IMG/VR virus record: IMGVR_UViG_2974628631_000001
Location: 1-64,000 of that record
From: a virus
Lineage: Duplodnaviria > Caudoviricetes
Length of the DNA stretch: 64,000 nucleotides
Strand: one strand, 5' to 3'
Positions 39,601-47,705 of this stretch are shown piece after piece. Each line of letters opens with the position of its first letter. Positions within the stretch are counted from its first letter, which is position 1. The notes under the pieces were generated by a model. It saw only the letters and a program-made list of their open reading frames with translations, was not told the origin of the DNA and searched no databases. The translations under genes and the position numbers were made by a program.

Positions 39601-39721
39601 CAACACGGACCGACTTGAGGGTCTTGGTGTCTATGGTAGCTCAACCGCAGACTATGCGGTACTTTACGGTAAGTCTAGTGGTTCAAGTTACGGAAAGCTA
39701 ACTATCTACCACAAGGGTTGA
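33680..39721 (+). CDS. Large tail fibre / receptor-binding protein with FN3 repeats and carbohydrate-binding-like domains
   Basis: Repeated D..PP.APTG, Y..RV.A.D..GN.S FN3 signatures; NGTFEG..GW CBM-like starts; 2013 aa. Confidence 0.85.
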   Translation: MSRILLRDLEPGRLYHIQARATNGEQSSQWSQLWDLQTTSDIMPPAAPTGLSWVVEGTAFKAVWTGPTLNQDGSDLRDFKDFQVKIYSPAAPGTIVTYYTTSARFDLPFENNVNSFGTPRAQVTIEVRARDNTGNLSTSATATATNPPPANVTGFTATGITDAISVKWNANADTDLKYYKVWQGTAAGSENTLVYTGLATSFVFDTLSTSPQYFKIVAVDVFNSESATAATASATAKSSLAVDGTPPAAPTGVTVTSALDTSDPSGGRAYIDVSWTGVADTDLQNYSVRYSTGTTWEYIDVPEGVTTARINGLRPNTNYNVAVAAVDYSGNSSAYVNAGTYPILTAKDTTAPAAPTGVTVGAGVTTMTVAWTENTENDVKNGIGTYEVQLDTVNTFNSGNLITKQNSGTIVAFTNLTSNTTYYTRVRAIDATGNAGSYSSIVSGTPRYVANADIQAGTISGDKITAASINGDRVVANTLDANVLKANTTFSQNLNVGSTFTMASSGIMKSSNYVAGVSGWQLTNTTLEINQGTIKAAALQLQNGHNMLHPAYADWEFVKSWYTNNLITFNDGGVSTWAISDATDVTGKYNTQCIKTSWTGVGTFSRTYMGPTYTSYNVQLEANTDYIFSGWVYVKTGAGAKTAALGIKLADATFPGPVANTSIPATSTWTRIWGTFNSGTQTSAELYLSQYTSGDMYWDGLQLEKKVTADTVPSQWKPPGSTSIDGGIIRTGEIRSTAAASGLAGQPAWSINVQGNAQFGDANIRGRLVVGDINNPSADGVNSKIQSANYSVGTSGWIVRNDGYAEFRQLAVNSIKVTAFDSPFQNTANAKLFDYMQDANLWLQSGSVQQKTDPGAYSAESLFEFTGPGLVLRNGTGVKPIAYDPTILYRISARVRAFTVATLNSNGTFEGNNTTGWTVDATNGATIAASNTYASTGTYSMRMTSGASTGASYRAWTNVIVKPGYNYTINAKIKAMIQAAYYNATNYGNIELRVTWFGTSGYLDESIQLITPPIDANGLILTAPTDWFSVGATFTAPALATNANFIIRLARYDNVTSGTVIGYIDDVSVTTPPRIKLGLFGMDNANNFIDYDFIDDATTPTKKHPMPSDYSTLSSFSSSQYMLVADNVEVPIATGGSSTTSDWITLTGYIKGRGGSGATGKFGKSGMFLDEYTPSSFNQEVRFMVPYVEFDTATGSIAQLDQFSIESYESGAVSKIDTTGTTDNAKSVSIENIQDAEQFDHAIRFYTGDSDERNPGLIGHSIDGDENNSPHLRIASPTINKYGNPFIGLWERNPNYIYDGSFSNGISGWAAFGTNTTLSWENNDGYDDNNSLKVAASGTVTTSSEFIAVYDVPINGNPELVGEAIGASAYLKTNGPTRSVKVQVNFLDSAYALVSGWYVQKNISSSWTRYSFITGSTIPDTAAYLRIFIYWTAGATGDVVYVDNVQMEVEGITAYRSASASKILLDSDVTKSRGPIIISETDFDLPPPVIGGLNKPDMPGYKGVVVQTESGTGAMRLVNYTDTNGTRVSWTSSFFSTEGAEESGLVIYGMADGSFPGRMAMRSPNGSWALSTQPSSDGSYPYDVHIHGSLIVDGQLQWVPLTSSAVTPFDAGRALGVAKINNMLVFRGAGSWSGTAGASGTVIFTLPVGYRPSSPQYMCALMWNGNSWSSGVAFHVKTSGECILWSPPEGAGLGTSLSIEGLQMNLSAMPTTSTPGTDTTAPSAPTGFTISAVSSGTSTGSYKLAWTNPSASDTAGVKVIWRSDRYPTVTIAGSGTKTLTTDGTVITVTGSASQAKTYTHSGIPVNRTIYYRVVSYDKSGNHSTYVSASRYLLASPITISPSSSGSYRLGYGGMWRNDGDEVYQGDWTGNDNHRGLYFYGTNIYSKLSTGGVVRTPTKMTIYLKRLSTSHGNNAGVGINLRGHKYQSKPSGDPVGSMTNEGSDGDNIVYLSRGEAATVTIPSSWYNNFVVADPNNTDRLEGLGVYGSSTADYAVLYGKSSGSSYGKLTIYHKG

Positions 39722-39748
39722 CAAGACCTAGTGTCTTGTGTCTATAAT
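39718..39748 (+). promoter_or_regulatory. Promoter with a 19-bp spacer and dyad
   Basis: TTGACA-19-TATAAT; ACAAGAC-N5-GTCTTGT overlaps the -35. Confidence 0.6.
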
Positions 39749-39775
39749 ATTCAAAGAGAGAAAAGAGTAAAAGAA

Positions 39776-40009
39776 TTGAATCAGACTAAGAAGTTGGAAC
39801 TAACTATTACTGCTCTTAAGCAGAGTCTAGGTAATAAGGTTGCTAATGCTGAAGAGGAGATTGCAAGCATTAGAGCAGAGGCGTCCCTCTTGCTTGAAGA
39901 GCAGGCTGAGCAGATTGCCAAGAAGGATGAGCGAATCGCCACCCTTGAAAATGAGCTTAGTCAGCTTAAGGGAGAGGGCAATGTGGCCGTTTCGTCAGAA
40001 GACGCCTGA
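39776..40009 (+). CDS. Small coiled-coil protein
   Basis: Heptad-rich. Confidence 0.7.
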   Translation: MNQTKKLELTITALKQSLGNKVANAEEEIASIRAEASLLLEEQAEQIAKKDERIATLENELSQLKGEGNVAVSSEDA

Positions 40010-40388
40010 CCTGCCACCTATTCCTCAAACTCGTACGGATTACCCATATGGCCTCTTTGTTTGCACTGAGGCCGGGTTTTTCCTTATCAGAGAAAAGGGT
40101 AGGTATCGAATCCCAACTATCAGGGTAATGGCTAGCTGGTCCGCGCCTAGTGTATCATCTAGTGAAGCAGCGGTAAAGCATCTGCCTATCCTTGGTAAGA
40201 TTGGTTTCAGAGACGGTACCATTATCCAGGATTTCTCCAATCAGAAGACATACCTTATTTCAAGAAACAAGAGAAGGCAGATTATGTCTCCCGATGTATT
40301 TGATAAGTTTCTTCTGAATAAGGAATTGCTTGTCGTAGTTTCCCATGAGGAAGCAAATCTACACGAGGATGGGGAGGTGTTGAGTTAA
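39981..40388 (+). CDS. Hypothetical protein
   Basis: ATG after GGAGAGG; GFRDGT motif. Confidence 0.7.
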   Translation: MWPFRQKTPDLPPIPQTRTDYPYGLFVCTEAGFFLIREKGRYRIPTIRVMASWSAPSVSSSEAAVKHLPILGKIGFRDGTIIQDFSNQKTYLISRNKRRQIMSPDVFDKFLLNKELLVVVSHEEANLHEDGEVLS

Positions 40389-40828
40389 TGGCTGTATCAT
40401 CATTTAAAGATGTCAACTGGGGTGCCAATGAGTACCTAGCAACTGACAAGTTGAATACCATGGTATCCAATACCAGATATCTCTTTGAGAGAGCACCGAA
40501 GTTGTATTACAACTCGTATTCAATCAAGAAGGATACTGGAATTAAGATTGCTTGTGGTACCGCGACAATTGCGCCAAGCAAGGCTCACTATTACAAGAAG
40601 ACAATCAATTTCGGTTCGTTCTTCACTGTAGGGTCTAAGCCGGTAATTGTTACAAGTGTTACTTCTCCATATAACCGTAGAATTATCCTTTCTCATTATG
40701 GAATTCAGGGAGAGGGATATGTTCCTGACCACCGAGGATTTATTGTGGTTGGAGCAACCGCTACTCTTGAGAAGTCTCATTACCTAGCAAAGCAGATTTA
40801 CATTAATTGGATTGCAATGGGTTACTAA
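40388..40828 (+). CDS. Hypothetical protein (tail-fibre/H-type lectin-like)
   Basis: IACG, INFG..F...PVIVTS, INWIAMG. Confidence 0.6.
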   Translation: MAVSSFKDVNWGANEYLATDKLNTMVSNTRYLFERAPKLYYNSYSIKKDTGIKIACGTATIAPSKAHYYKKTINFGSFFTVGSKPVIVTSVTSPYNRRIILSHYGIQGEGYVPDHRGFIVVGATATLEKSHYLAKQIYINWIAMGY

Positions 40829-40848
40829 ACTTGGAAGGACGTGTGTCT

Positions 40849-41130
40849 ATGAGGTATACTCCACTACAGAGGTGGCATAGACGCGACCGGAGACGCAACA
40901 CGAACGGATACGTTCTTGTATGGGTTCCGGAACATCCAAAAAGCTTTTCCGGCGGGTGGTACTATGAACATAGGCTTGCAGCAGAAAAGCTGGTGGGTCG
41001 GATTTTGAAATCCTGGGAGACTGTCCATCATATCTCTGGTGACAAAACAGATAACTCTTGGGAGAATCTGTTCATCTGTACCCGTAAGGAACACGACCGA
41101 GCAGATAGGTTGACACCACAACTTGTGTAA
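40849..41130 (+). CDS. HNH endonuclease
   Basis: YEHRL, VHHISGDKTDNSWENL, EH. Confidence 0.85.
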   Translation: MRYTPLQRWHRRDRRRNTNGYVLVWVPEHPKSFSGGWYYEHRLAAEKLVGRILKSWETVHHISGDKTDNSWENLFICTRKEHDRADRLTPQLV

Positions 41131-41194
41131 GATAGACTGATGTGACTGGAGAGGGCTGGGAAACCAGTCCTCTTCGTCATTGAAAGGAGAAAAT

Positions 41195-42010
41195 ATGAAA
41201 TGGGCTCTTGTAGGAGACCTACAGATTCCCTATCACGATAAGCGAGCGGTTGAGCTTTTCCTGAAGGTAATGAAGTCATGGAAGCCGGACGCTCTAGACT
41301 TCCTTGGTGACATTGATGACCAGCTAGAGTATAGCAGCTTTTCCGATGGAACTACAGACGAGTTCTTTAGTCAGCTAAAGAAGAGTAAGCAAGAGGAAGG
41401 CGAGTCGGACGAAGATTTTCGTCGTAGGCTTTCCCCGCTTCCCTTCGTAAAGGAAAATGCGGCTGGTGCCAAGGAACTCTACACTGAGGTGCGAAGCATC
41501 TTGCGGAATGCCGACATTCATGCTAGCCTAGGCAATCATGACATCCGCATCTTCAAGTACATGGACAAGAAGGCTCCAGACTATGTGGAGCAGCTAACCC
41601 CGAATATGCTGTGGGGTCTGGATGACCTAGGAATTTCATGGAGGCACTACGATTTGCCTCCGCTGCACAGATTCGGCGGGGTTCATGTACATCACGGAGC
41701 AACCACTACAACTACTGGTCTAGCCGTAAAGGCAGATATTGACAATTACAACATTTCCCTTGCAAGAGGGCATGACCATCGTGGAGGTGTAGTATATAAG
41801 ACGTACCCTATGACAGGAACGACTCTCGTTGGTTTGGGTACAGGACATCTGTGTGACCCTAGTGCATATGGTTTGCGATATACTATTAATCCTTCATGGG
41901 AATTGGGATTCGGAATTGGTCATGTAGTAAATGATGTGGCAACAATGCAATTCATTCCAATTTCAAAGGATTATGTCTGTGTGGTCGATGGCAAGGTTTT
42001 CAAGGGCTAA
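41195..42010 (+). CDS. Calcineurin-like metallophosphoesterase
   Basis: GDLQ, GDIDD, GNHD, HHG, GHDH. Confidence 0.85.
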   Translation: MKWALVGDLQIPYHDKRAVELFLKVMKSWKPDALDFLGDIDDQLEYSSFSDGTTDEFFSQLKKSKQEEGESDEDFRRRLSPLPFVKENAAGAKELYTEVRSILRNADIHASLGNHDIRIFKYMDKKAPDYVEQLTPNMLWGLDDLGISWRHYDLPPLHRFGGVHVHHGATTTTTGLAVKADIDNYNISLARGHDHRGGVVYKTYPMTGTTLVGLGTGHLCDPSAYGLRYTINPSWELGFGIGHVVNDVATMQFIPISKDYVCVVDGKVFKG

Positions 42011-42075
42011 TTGCACTTTGAACCATGCCTCTGCTATAATGGTGCTAGATGACAAGTAAAGGAGGTATAACCTAT

Positions 42076-42420
42076 ATGGCTTATGCCAAGTCTCTACTAG
42101 CAGTTCTAGTCACCGCCATTACAGCAATTGTCGCAGCTATGACTGACGGAGTTGTTTCTAATGTCGAGTGGATTAACGTTGGAATTGCCGCTGCTGGTGC
42201 TGCTGCTGTATTTGCAGCTCCGAACGTTCCAGGTTCTCGTTACACGAAGGCTGTACTTGCTGTAATCACAGCAATCCTTACATTCTTCGTTACCGCAGTT
42301 ACCGATGGCGTTTCTACAGCCGAGTGGCTTCAGGTGCTCGTTATTGCAGCCGGTGCCGTTGGTGTTTACGCTGTTCCTAACAAGCCAACGACTACGATTG
42401 GACAGCCGGGTGTACTGTAA
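42076..42420 (+). CDS. Holin-like membrane protein
   Basis: Internally duplicated two-helix unit; AAGGAGG SD; alternative start at 42049. Confidence 0.7.
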   Translation: MAYAKSLLAVLVTAITAIVAAMTDGVVSNVEWINVGIAAAGAAAVFAAPNVPGSRYTKAVLAVITAILTFFVTAVTDGVSTAEWLQVLVIAAGAVGVYAVPNKPTTTIGQPGVL

Positions 42421-42601
42421 CAAGTGCAGTGGTCGTGTATTTATCGACCGGGTGTATTCTGAAAAGAAGCACGTAGAACTGTTCTGCATTGGTTGCGGTA
42501 AGCGATGGATGCTAGATAAGACGAAGAGTAGGTTTGCAGCATGGCTATGGAAGAAGGAACAAAGCCACGCCAACGCCGCAATCGCAAGTCTCCCCGATTG
42601 A
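42410..42601 (+). CDS. Small zinc-finger protein
   Basis: CNKCSG...CIGCG. Confidence 0.7.
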   Translation: MYCNKCSGRVFIDRVYSEKKHVELFCIGCGKRWMLDKTKSRFAAWLWKKEQSHANAAIASLPD

Positions 42602-43077
42602 GATACTTCTATCTCAACGGTGATTTGCACAAAGTCCTGAGTGTAACACGTGCTCAGGACTTTGTGGTTTGTTGGAACTTTCCTCAGGGAAAGCGTGTTG
42701 GCTATGTATGGTCAGATGTCCGCAAGAATCATGGAAAGGCATTCAGGCTTCAGCAGGTTGCCGAAATGATTGGCAGACATTACATTACAATCAAAAGAGA
42801 TATTCTTGAAGGTCGCATTAAAGCGCCTCAAAGAATTTACGCATTCAATGAGAACAGAACTCCAGGTGCCTATTACATGTCTGAAGAAGATGTGTATGCG
42901 CTTCACGACTATATGATGACAACGCATATCGGTCGCCCAAGAGGTGACGGTAAGGTAACGGTTCGGGACATGCCATCCAAGGCTGAGCTTCGTGCTATGA
43001 TGAAGCATGACCTTGTTACCTACGTGAAGACGAAGGACGGAGATTTTGTTCCCGTGTGGAAGGAGCAAAATTGGTAA
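42541..43077 (+). CDS. Helix-turn-helix DNA-binding protein (MerR/excisionase-like)
   Basis: FRLQQVAEMIGRHYITIKR...GRI..PQR...YMSEEDV. Confidence 0.75.
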   Translation: MAMEEGTKPRQRRNRKSPRLRYFYLNGDLHKVLSVTRAQDFVVCWNFPQGKRVGYVWSDVRKNHGKAFRLQQVAEMIGRHYITIKRDILEGRIKAPQRIYAFNENRTPGAYYMSEEDVYALHDYMMTTHIGRPRGDGKVTVRDMPSKAELRAMMKHDLVTYVKTKDGDFVPVWKEQNW

Positions 43078-43379
43078 AGGTTAAGCCCACTTCATATGGG
43101 CCGATTGAAGATGAATTGAGCGGAAGTACAGCGCTCGTTCAGGCTGCCGCAACACTTGACGCAGCAGTCTTTCTTGCGGTAGAGTCGAAGAACGTTGACA
43201 AATTGCTTGATATTGCTGCCATGTGGATGGGCTTGGCCGAACGTCTGGGAATCGTTCTTGAAGAAGATGATGAAGAGGACGATGATTTCCCAGACAAGAA
43301 GGACAAGGAACCATTTGGCTTCACACAAGTAACGTCAGATAAAGAACCTGTTAAGGAGGTAATTGTAGAAGATGCATGA
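43071..43379 (+). CDS. Hypothetical protein
   Basis: Acidic ORF in the operon. Confidence 0.65.
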   Translation: MVKVKPTSYGPIEDELSGSTALVQAAATLDAAVFLAVESKNVDKLLDIAAMWMGLAERLGIVLEEDDEEDDDFPDKKDKEPFGFTQVTSDKEPVKEVIVEDA

Positions 43380-43596
43380 GGTTGACAAGACTCCATCAGC
43401 TCATCGTGTTAAGGTTTCCGTAGGTTATACTCGGAACATGGGCAACTTTGAGTCTCTGCGTGTAGATGTTGGTCTGGAACTGGACGGGGTTGGTAATCCG
43501 AACCCTACCTTCGATAAGGCTTACTCTTGGGCAGAAGGCAAGTTGCTTGAGAAGGTTGCAGAGGTTGAAGAAGAGCTGAAGGGCATCAAGGAGTAA
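43372..43596 (+). CDS. Hypothetical protein
   Basis: T.NMGNFESLRVD motif. Confidence 0.75.
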   Translation: MHEVDKTPSAHRVKVSVGYTRNMGNFESLRVDVGLELDGVGNPNPTFDKAYSWAEGKLLEKVAEVEEELKGIKE

Positions 43597-43597
43597 T

Positions 43598-43939
43598 ATG
43601 GCCACTAACACGGTAGCGAAGCAGGCATATGGCCTCATTAGTCATTACGAAAAGTGTTTCAGGGACAAGTACCCTTATTCGCCTACTGTTAACCGCTTCC
43701 GTGTGAAGTGGGGTTTTCAGGACATGGTGACTGACCTTGGCTATGATACTGCAAAGGAAGTTATTGAGTACTACTTCCGCACAGCAAAGCCAAGTCACCC
43801 TGTTGACTTTCTTCTGAATAACTATGATAGAATCAATGAATTCATGAAGGAACGTCAAAAGGATGAAGAAAAGAGAGAAGAACTGCGCAGGCAGACTGAA
43901 CAAAAGGTAAGGGAGATGGAAGACAAGAATGACAACTGA
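43598..43939 (+). CDS. Hypothetical protein (pre-helicase)
   Basis: 113 aa, SD GGAG. Confidence 0.75.
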   Translation: MATNTVAKQAYGLISHYEKCFRDKYPYSPTVNRFRVKWGFQDMVTDLGYDTAKEVIEYYFRTAKPSHPVDFLLNNYDRINEFMKERQKDEEKREELRRQTEQKVREMEDKNDN

Positions 43940-45146
43940 ACTCCAGGTAATTAGCGCAGTCTGCAAGAATAAGGATATCGGTGTTCTATATGCCGAGAAT
44001 GTTGATGACCTGTTCACTGCGTATGGTGACGTATGGAAGTCCATTAAGAGTCACTATGAAAAGTACAAGTCTGTTCCCGACATCGGATTGCTGGAGGAGC
44101 GTTTCCAGGAATTTGAGGGTGCGGATGTCAAGGGTGAAACCGCTTACTACCTTGACGAACTTCGCAATGATTACGTAAAGACTCGTATTCAGACCATTAT
44201 GAAGAAGGCTGCGGAAGCCATGCGAGAGGGCGAGGCTCCGGGCCGGGTTCTTGACAAGACCAACACTGCTCTGGCAAAGTTGGGCCGGTTTACAAATAAT
44301 GTCCGAGACGTAGATATCACAGATTACCTCTCAGCCGAATCACATTTTCAGGCTGTGCAGGAACGGAGTGCGGCTCTAGGAAGCCCTGGCATTCCCACGA
44401 CTTTTAAGTCTATCGACTCGGTATATCCTACTGGTATGGCACCTGGTCACCTCATCGTGGCTATTGGTTGGCCTGGTAAGGGTAAGACCTGGTTCACTTC
44501 CTACCTTGCCTGTAAGGCGTGGGAGCAGGGATTTAAGCCGATGATTGTCAGCCTTGAAATGAGCCCTGAGAATATGCGTGACCGCATTTACACTATGATG
44601 GGTTCTGGACTATTCCGTGCTAGCGATTTCGCAAAGGGAGATGTCAATATTGATGACTTCCACGCATGGGGTAAGCGAAGGTTTGATAACAAGGGCGGTT
44701 TTGTGGTAGTATCAAATGAGGGGCTTTCAGATGTAACCCCCAATACGGTTCAGGGCAAGATTGACCAACATAAGCCTGACCTGGTAATCTGTGACTATCA
44801 TCAGCTCTTCCAGTGCAACAGTCGGTCAAACAGTCCAACCGAGCGTGGTATGGCTGTGTCTCGTGAGTTCAAGATGCTTGCAGTGACCAATAATATCCCG
44901 CTTATTGATATTACGGCTGCTACTCAGTCTGACCTTTCTGACCGTGACCAGCCTCCGATGATGAGTCAGGTTGCATGGTCCAAGGCTATCGAGTATGATG
45001 CCGACATGGCCTTTGCGGTTCACCGCAATGAAGACTCCAATCTCATTGAGGTTGTCTGCCGCAAGAATCGTCATGGAAGCATGTTCGATTTCTATCTCGA
45101 CTGGGATATCGACCGTGGTATCGTGGAAGAGAAGTTCACAATTTGA
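43929..45146 (+). CDS. DnaB-like replicative helicase
   Basis: GWPGKGKT, SLEM, ICDY, IEYDAD, KNRHG. Confidence 0.92.
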   Translation: MTTELQVISAVCKNKDIGVLYAENVDDLFTAYGDVWKSIKSHYEKYKSVPDIGLLEERFQEFEGADVKGETAYYLDELRNDYVKTRIQTIMKKAAEAMREGEAPGRVLDKTNTALAKLGRFTNNVRDVDITDYLSAESHFQAVQERSAALGSPGIPTTFKSIDSVYPTGMAPGHLIVAIGWPGKGKTWFTSYLACKAWEQGFKPMIVSLEMSPENMRDRIYTMMGSGLFRASDFAKGDVNIDDFHAWGKRRFDNKGGFVVVSNEGLSDVTPNTVQGKIDQHKPDLVICDYHQLFQCNSRSNSPTERGMAVSREFKMLAVTNNIPLIDITAATQSDLSDRDQPPMMSQVAWSKAIEYDADMAFAVHRNEDSNLIEVVCRKNRHGSMFDFYLDWDIDRGIVEEKFTI

Positions 45147-45149
45147 GAC

Positions 45150-45470
45150 ATGCACAAGACGATTAAGAGGTTCGGGTTTGAGGGGAAAGTCAACGATGAT
45201 GCTGACTTTCCCCGCATCCGAGCACAATACGAGTCCCTGATTTTGAGAGAAATGAGGGAATTGGGCTATGTCCCAGTACTTGACCTTGGACCATACTGGT
45301 CAACAGAATACGTCAAGCCGGAAGATGCATATGAGTTTGTGCTCTCAGTGTATGGCGTTTATCTAGGAAGGAGGCGTTCATGGGAAGTAGAGGGGATTTC
45401 GAATGGGAGGGAAATAAAGAGACCTACACCCCCAACCAAGTCGAAGCAACCCTCCGAGCCTGCGGAGTAG
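45150..45470 (+). CDS. Hypothetical protein
   Basis: GYVPVLD; between helicase and primase. Confidence 0.7.
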   Translation: MHKTIKRFGFEGKVNDDADFPRIRAQYESLILREMRELGYVPVLDLGPYWSTEYVKPEDAYEFVLSVYGVYLGRRRSWEVEGISNGREIKRPTPPTKSKQPSEPAE

Positions 45471-46477
45471 AAATTGAGGGCGAAACCACAAATGACTTCC
45501 TGTGCTTCTGCCCTTTCCACGGAAACCGATTCAGTCCATCTTTCAGTGTTTCGAGAACAAGCGGAGCGTTTATCTGCTTCAACCATTCTTGTGGTATCAC
45601 TGGAACATTGGTAGACTTGGTTAAGCGGATTCCAATGCGTGATGGAACTTTTCGAAACGAGTTTGCAGCCCGTCGCCTGATTCTTAAGAAGAAGAGCGAG
45701 ACGCAACAGGCTTTTGAGGATGAGCTGAATAAGCTCTTTGAACCCAAGGTTGACTTTGTCGAGTTTCCGCAAGTAACTCTTGACAGGATGTATGAAGACT
45801 TCTGGCAGAATCCAGAAGCCATTCGATATATGGTGGAAGAGCGCGGGTTCGAAGAAGAAACTCTAGAGTTCTTCAGAATCGGATACTCAGCAAAGAAGGA
45901 TATCATTGCCGTCCCTATGCATAATGCTAAGGGATTGCCAGTGGGTGTAATTGGCAGACCTGCCGACACGGAAAACAAGTTCTTCAAGAATTCCCGTGGT
46001 TTGCCAACAAGTAAGACGCTCTGGAATATGCACCGAGCCAAGCGACATGGTGCTACAGTGATTATCTGTGAAGCATCATTCGATGCAATGAGAATCCATC
46101 AAGCAGGTTACCCGAATGTGGTAGCGTGTCTAGGAGGAAACTTCAGCCCTTATCACTTTGACCAATTGAATAAGCATTTCTCTACAATCGTCATCATGAC
46201 TGACTTTGATAAGAAAGAGAAGCACATCTACAAGGGCTGTAGAAAGTGTAAGAAGCGTGGATTGAATCTCTGTGTGGGACACAATCCAGGACGAGACCTT
46301 GGCGGAACAATCGCGGCGGGTCTGAACACGAAGACCATTCTATGGGCTTCATATGGTGATGAAACAATTTATCCCCACGATGCGAAAGATGCTGGTGATA
46401 TGACAGACGATGAAATTCGCCAGTGCCTCAGAAATGCGGTTCCTGATTACACATATGCTGAATGGGGAATCTACTGA
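45380..46477 (+). CDS. DNA primase (zinc finger + TOPRIM)
   Basis: CPFH...CF..SC, ICEASFDA, TDFD, KDAGD. Confidence 0.9.
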   Translation: MGSRGDFEWEGNKETYTPNQVEATLRACGVEIEGETTNDFLCFCPFHGNRFSPSFSVSRTSGAFICFNHSCGITGTLVDLVKRIPMRDGTFRNEFAARRLILKKKSETQQAFEDELNKLFEPKVDFVEFPQVTLDRMYEDFWQNPEAIRYMVEERGFEEETLEFFRIGYSAKKDIIAVPMHNAKGLPVGVIGRPADTENKFFKNSRGLPTSKTLWNMHRAKRHGATVIICEASFDAMRIHQAGYPNVVACLGGNFSPYHFDQLNKHFSTIVIMTDFDKKEKHIYKGCRKCKKRGLNLCVGHNPGRDLGGTIAAGLNTKTILWASYGDETIYPHDAKDAGDMTDDEIRQCLRNAVPDYTYAEWGIY

Positions 46478-46583
46478 GGGCGGGGGAGCTTGCTCCCCAA
46501 GCTTGTACCGCACTACAGGACATGGTACAATGGTAGAAGCAGCCTCAGAGAAGGCTCAACTAATACTAGGAGATATATAAACA

Positions 46584-47300
46584 ATGGCACGAATTAAGGG
46601 ACTCGCTTCCATTCAGGCAAACCAGAAGGCGCAGCAGGAGCGCGCTGAGGCAGGCAACCGACCTAAGGCGGACTGGTTTAAGTTCCCTAAGGGTCAGACC
46701 GCAATCGTTGTTCGATTCCTTCAGGAACTCGACCCCGAGATGCGTAATTACCGTGAGGACCGTGGAGTTGGCTTCATTGAGACGGAGCACAATGCACCTG
46801 GTCCGGATGGCTGGAAGCGTCGCGGAATTTGCACCATCGCTGAAGAGGATGGTGGAGAGTGCTACGCCTGTGAGCGTCACAAGCAGAATTACAAGGAGGG
46901 TTGGAGGCAGAAGCAGAACCTCTACATCAACGTCCTTGCTGACCTTGGTGATGGCCCTAAGGTTTACATTCTGACCCGAAATGCAAATTCTGTGTTCTCA
47001 CAGAACCTCATTCAGGAAGCCCTTGATGAGGGAAGCATCACTGATGCGAATTATCGAATCACCAAGACTGGTGAGGGTACGACTACTCAGTGGTCGTTGA
47101 AGCGTCTGAAGGATGAGCCTTTCGATGACAGCAAGGTTGAGGTCTTTGACCTTGAGGCTGCTGCGGTTCGTAAGGTAGAGTATGACAAGCAGGCCGAGTA
47201 CTACGGTGCAGTTTACCAGGAGGACACCACTCCTGCCGCATCTAACGGCTCTTCTCAGGCTCCACGTGCTTCCGCTTCTAGCGCTGACGACGAGTGGTAA
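46584..47300 (+). CDS. Single-stranded DNA-binding protein (gp32-like)
   Basis: VRFL, H...C...C..C, ITKTGEG..T.W, acidic C-terminus DDEW; strong promoter and SD. Confidence 0.8.
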   Translation: MARIKGLASIQANQKAQQERAEAGNRPKADWFKFPKGQTAIVVRFLQELDPEMRNYREDRGVGFIETEHNAPGPDGWKRRGICTIAEEDGGECYACERHKQNYKEGWRQKQNLYINVLADLGDGPKVYILTRNANSVFSQNLIQEALDEGSITDANYRITKTGEGTTTQWSLKRLKDEPFDDSKVEVFDLEAAAVRKVEYDKQAEYYGAVYQEDTTPAASNGSSQAPRASASSADDEW

Positions 47301-47316
47301 AATGACTTGGTAGAAC

Positions 47317-47345
47317 GGCCCCGGATTGAAAAGTCCGGGGCCTTC
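47317..47345 (+). terminator. Hairpin or terminator after SSB
   Basis: GGCCCCGGA/TCCGGGGCC. Confidence 0.6.
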
Positions 47346-47361
47346 TGCTATAGTGAAGCTT

Positions 47362-47661
47362 ATGACGTTTGAATTCAGTACAGAGTATAAGACGTACATC
47401 AAAAGCCCTAAATGGAAGAGAATTTGTTCCAGATATTGGGCGGTTTATGGACGCAAATGCCAAGCTTGTGGCAAGAGAAGAGAACTTCACGTCCATCATC
47501 ACACATACGCAAGGTTCGGTAGAGAACTCTTGACAGACCTGACTGGCCTGTGCCATGATTGTCATAGACGTGTTCACCAGAGGCACAGAGCAAACCGGCG
47601 GGTTTCGCTTGAATTGGTGACTAAGCAATACGTACAAGCAATGAAGAATAAAAAGCTCTGA
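47362..47661 (+). CDS. HNH endonuclease
   Basis: Y..SPKW, CQACG, LHVHHHTY, LCHDCH..VH. Confidence 0.85.
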   Translation: MTFEFSTEYKTYIKSPKWKRICSRYWAVYGRKCQACGKRRELHVHHHTYARFGRELLTDLTGLCHDCHRRVHQRHRANRRVSLELVTKQYVQAMKNKKL

Positions 47662-47705
47662 TTCATAAGCCTTTAAGAATCAGATGAGATTAAGGAGAAA
47701 AGGCT

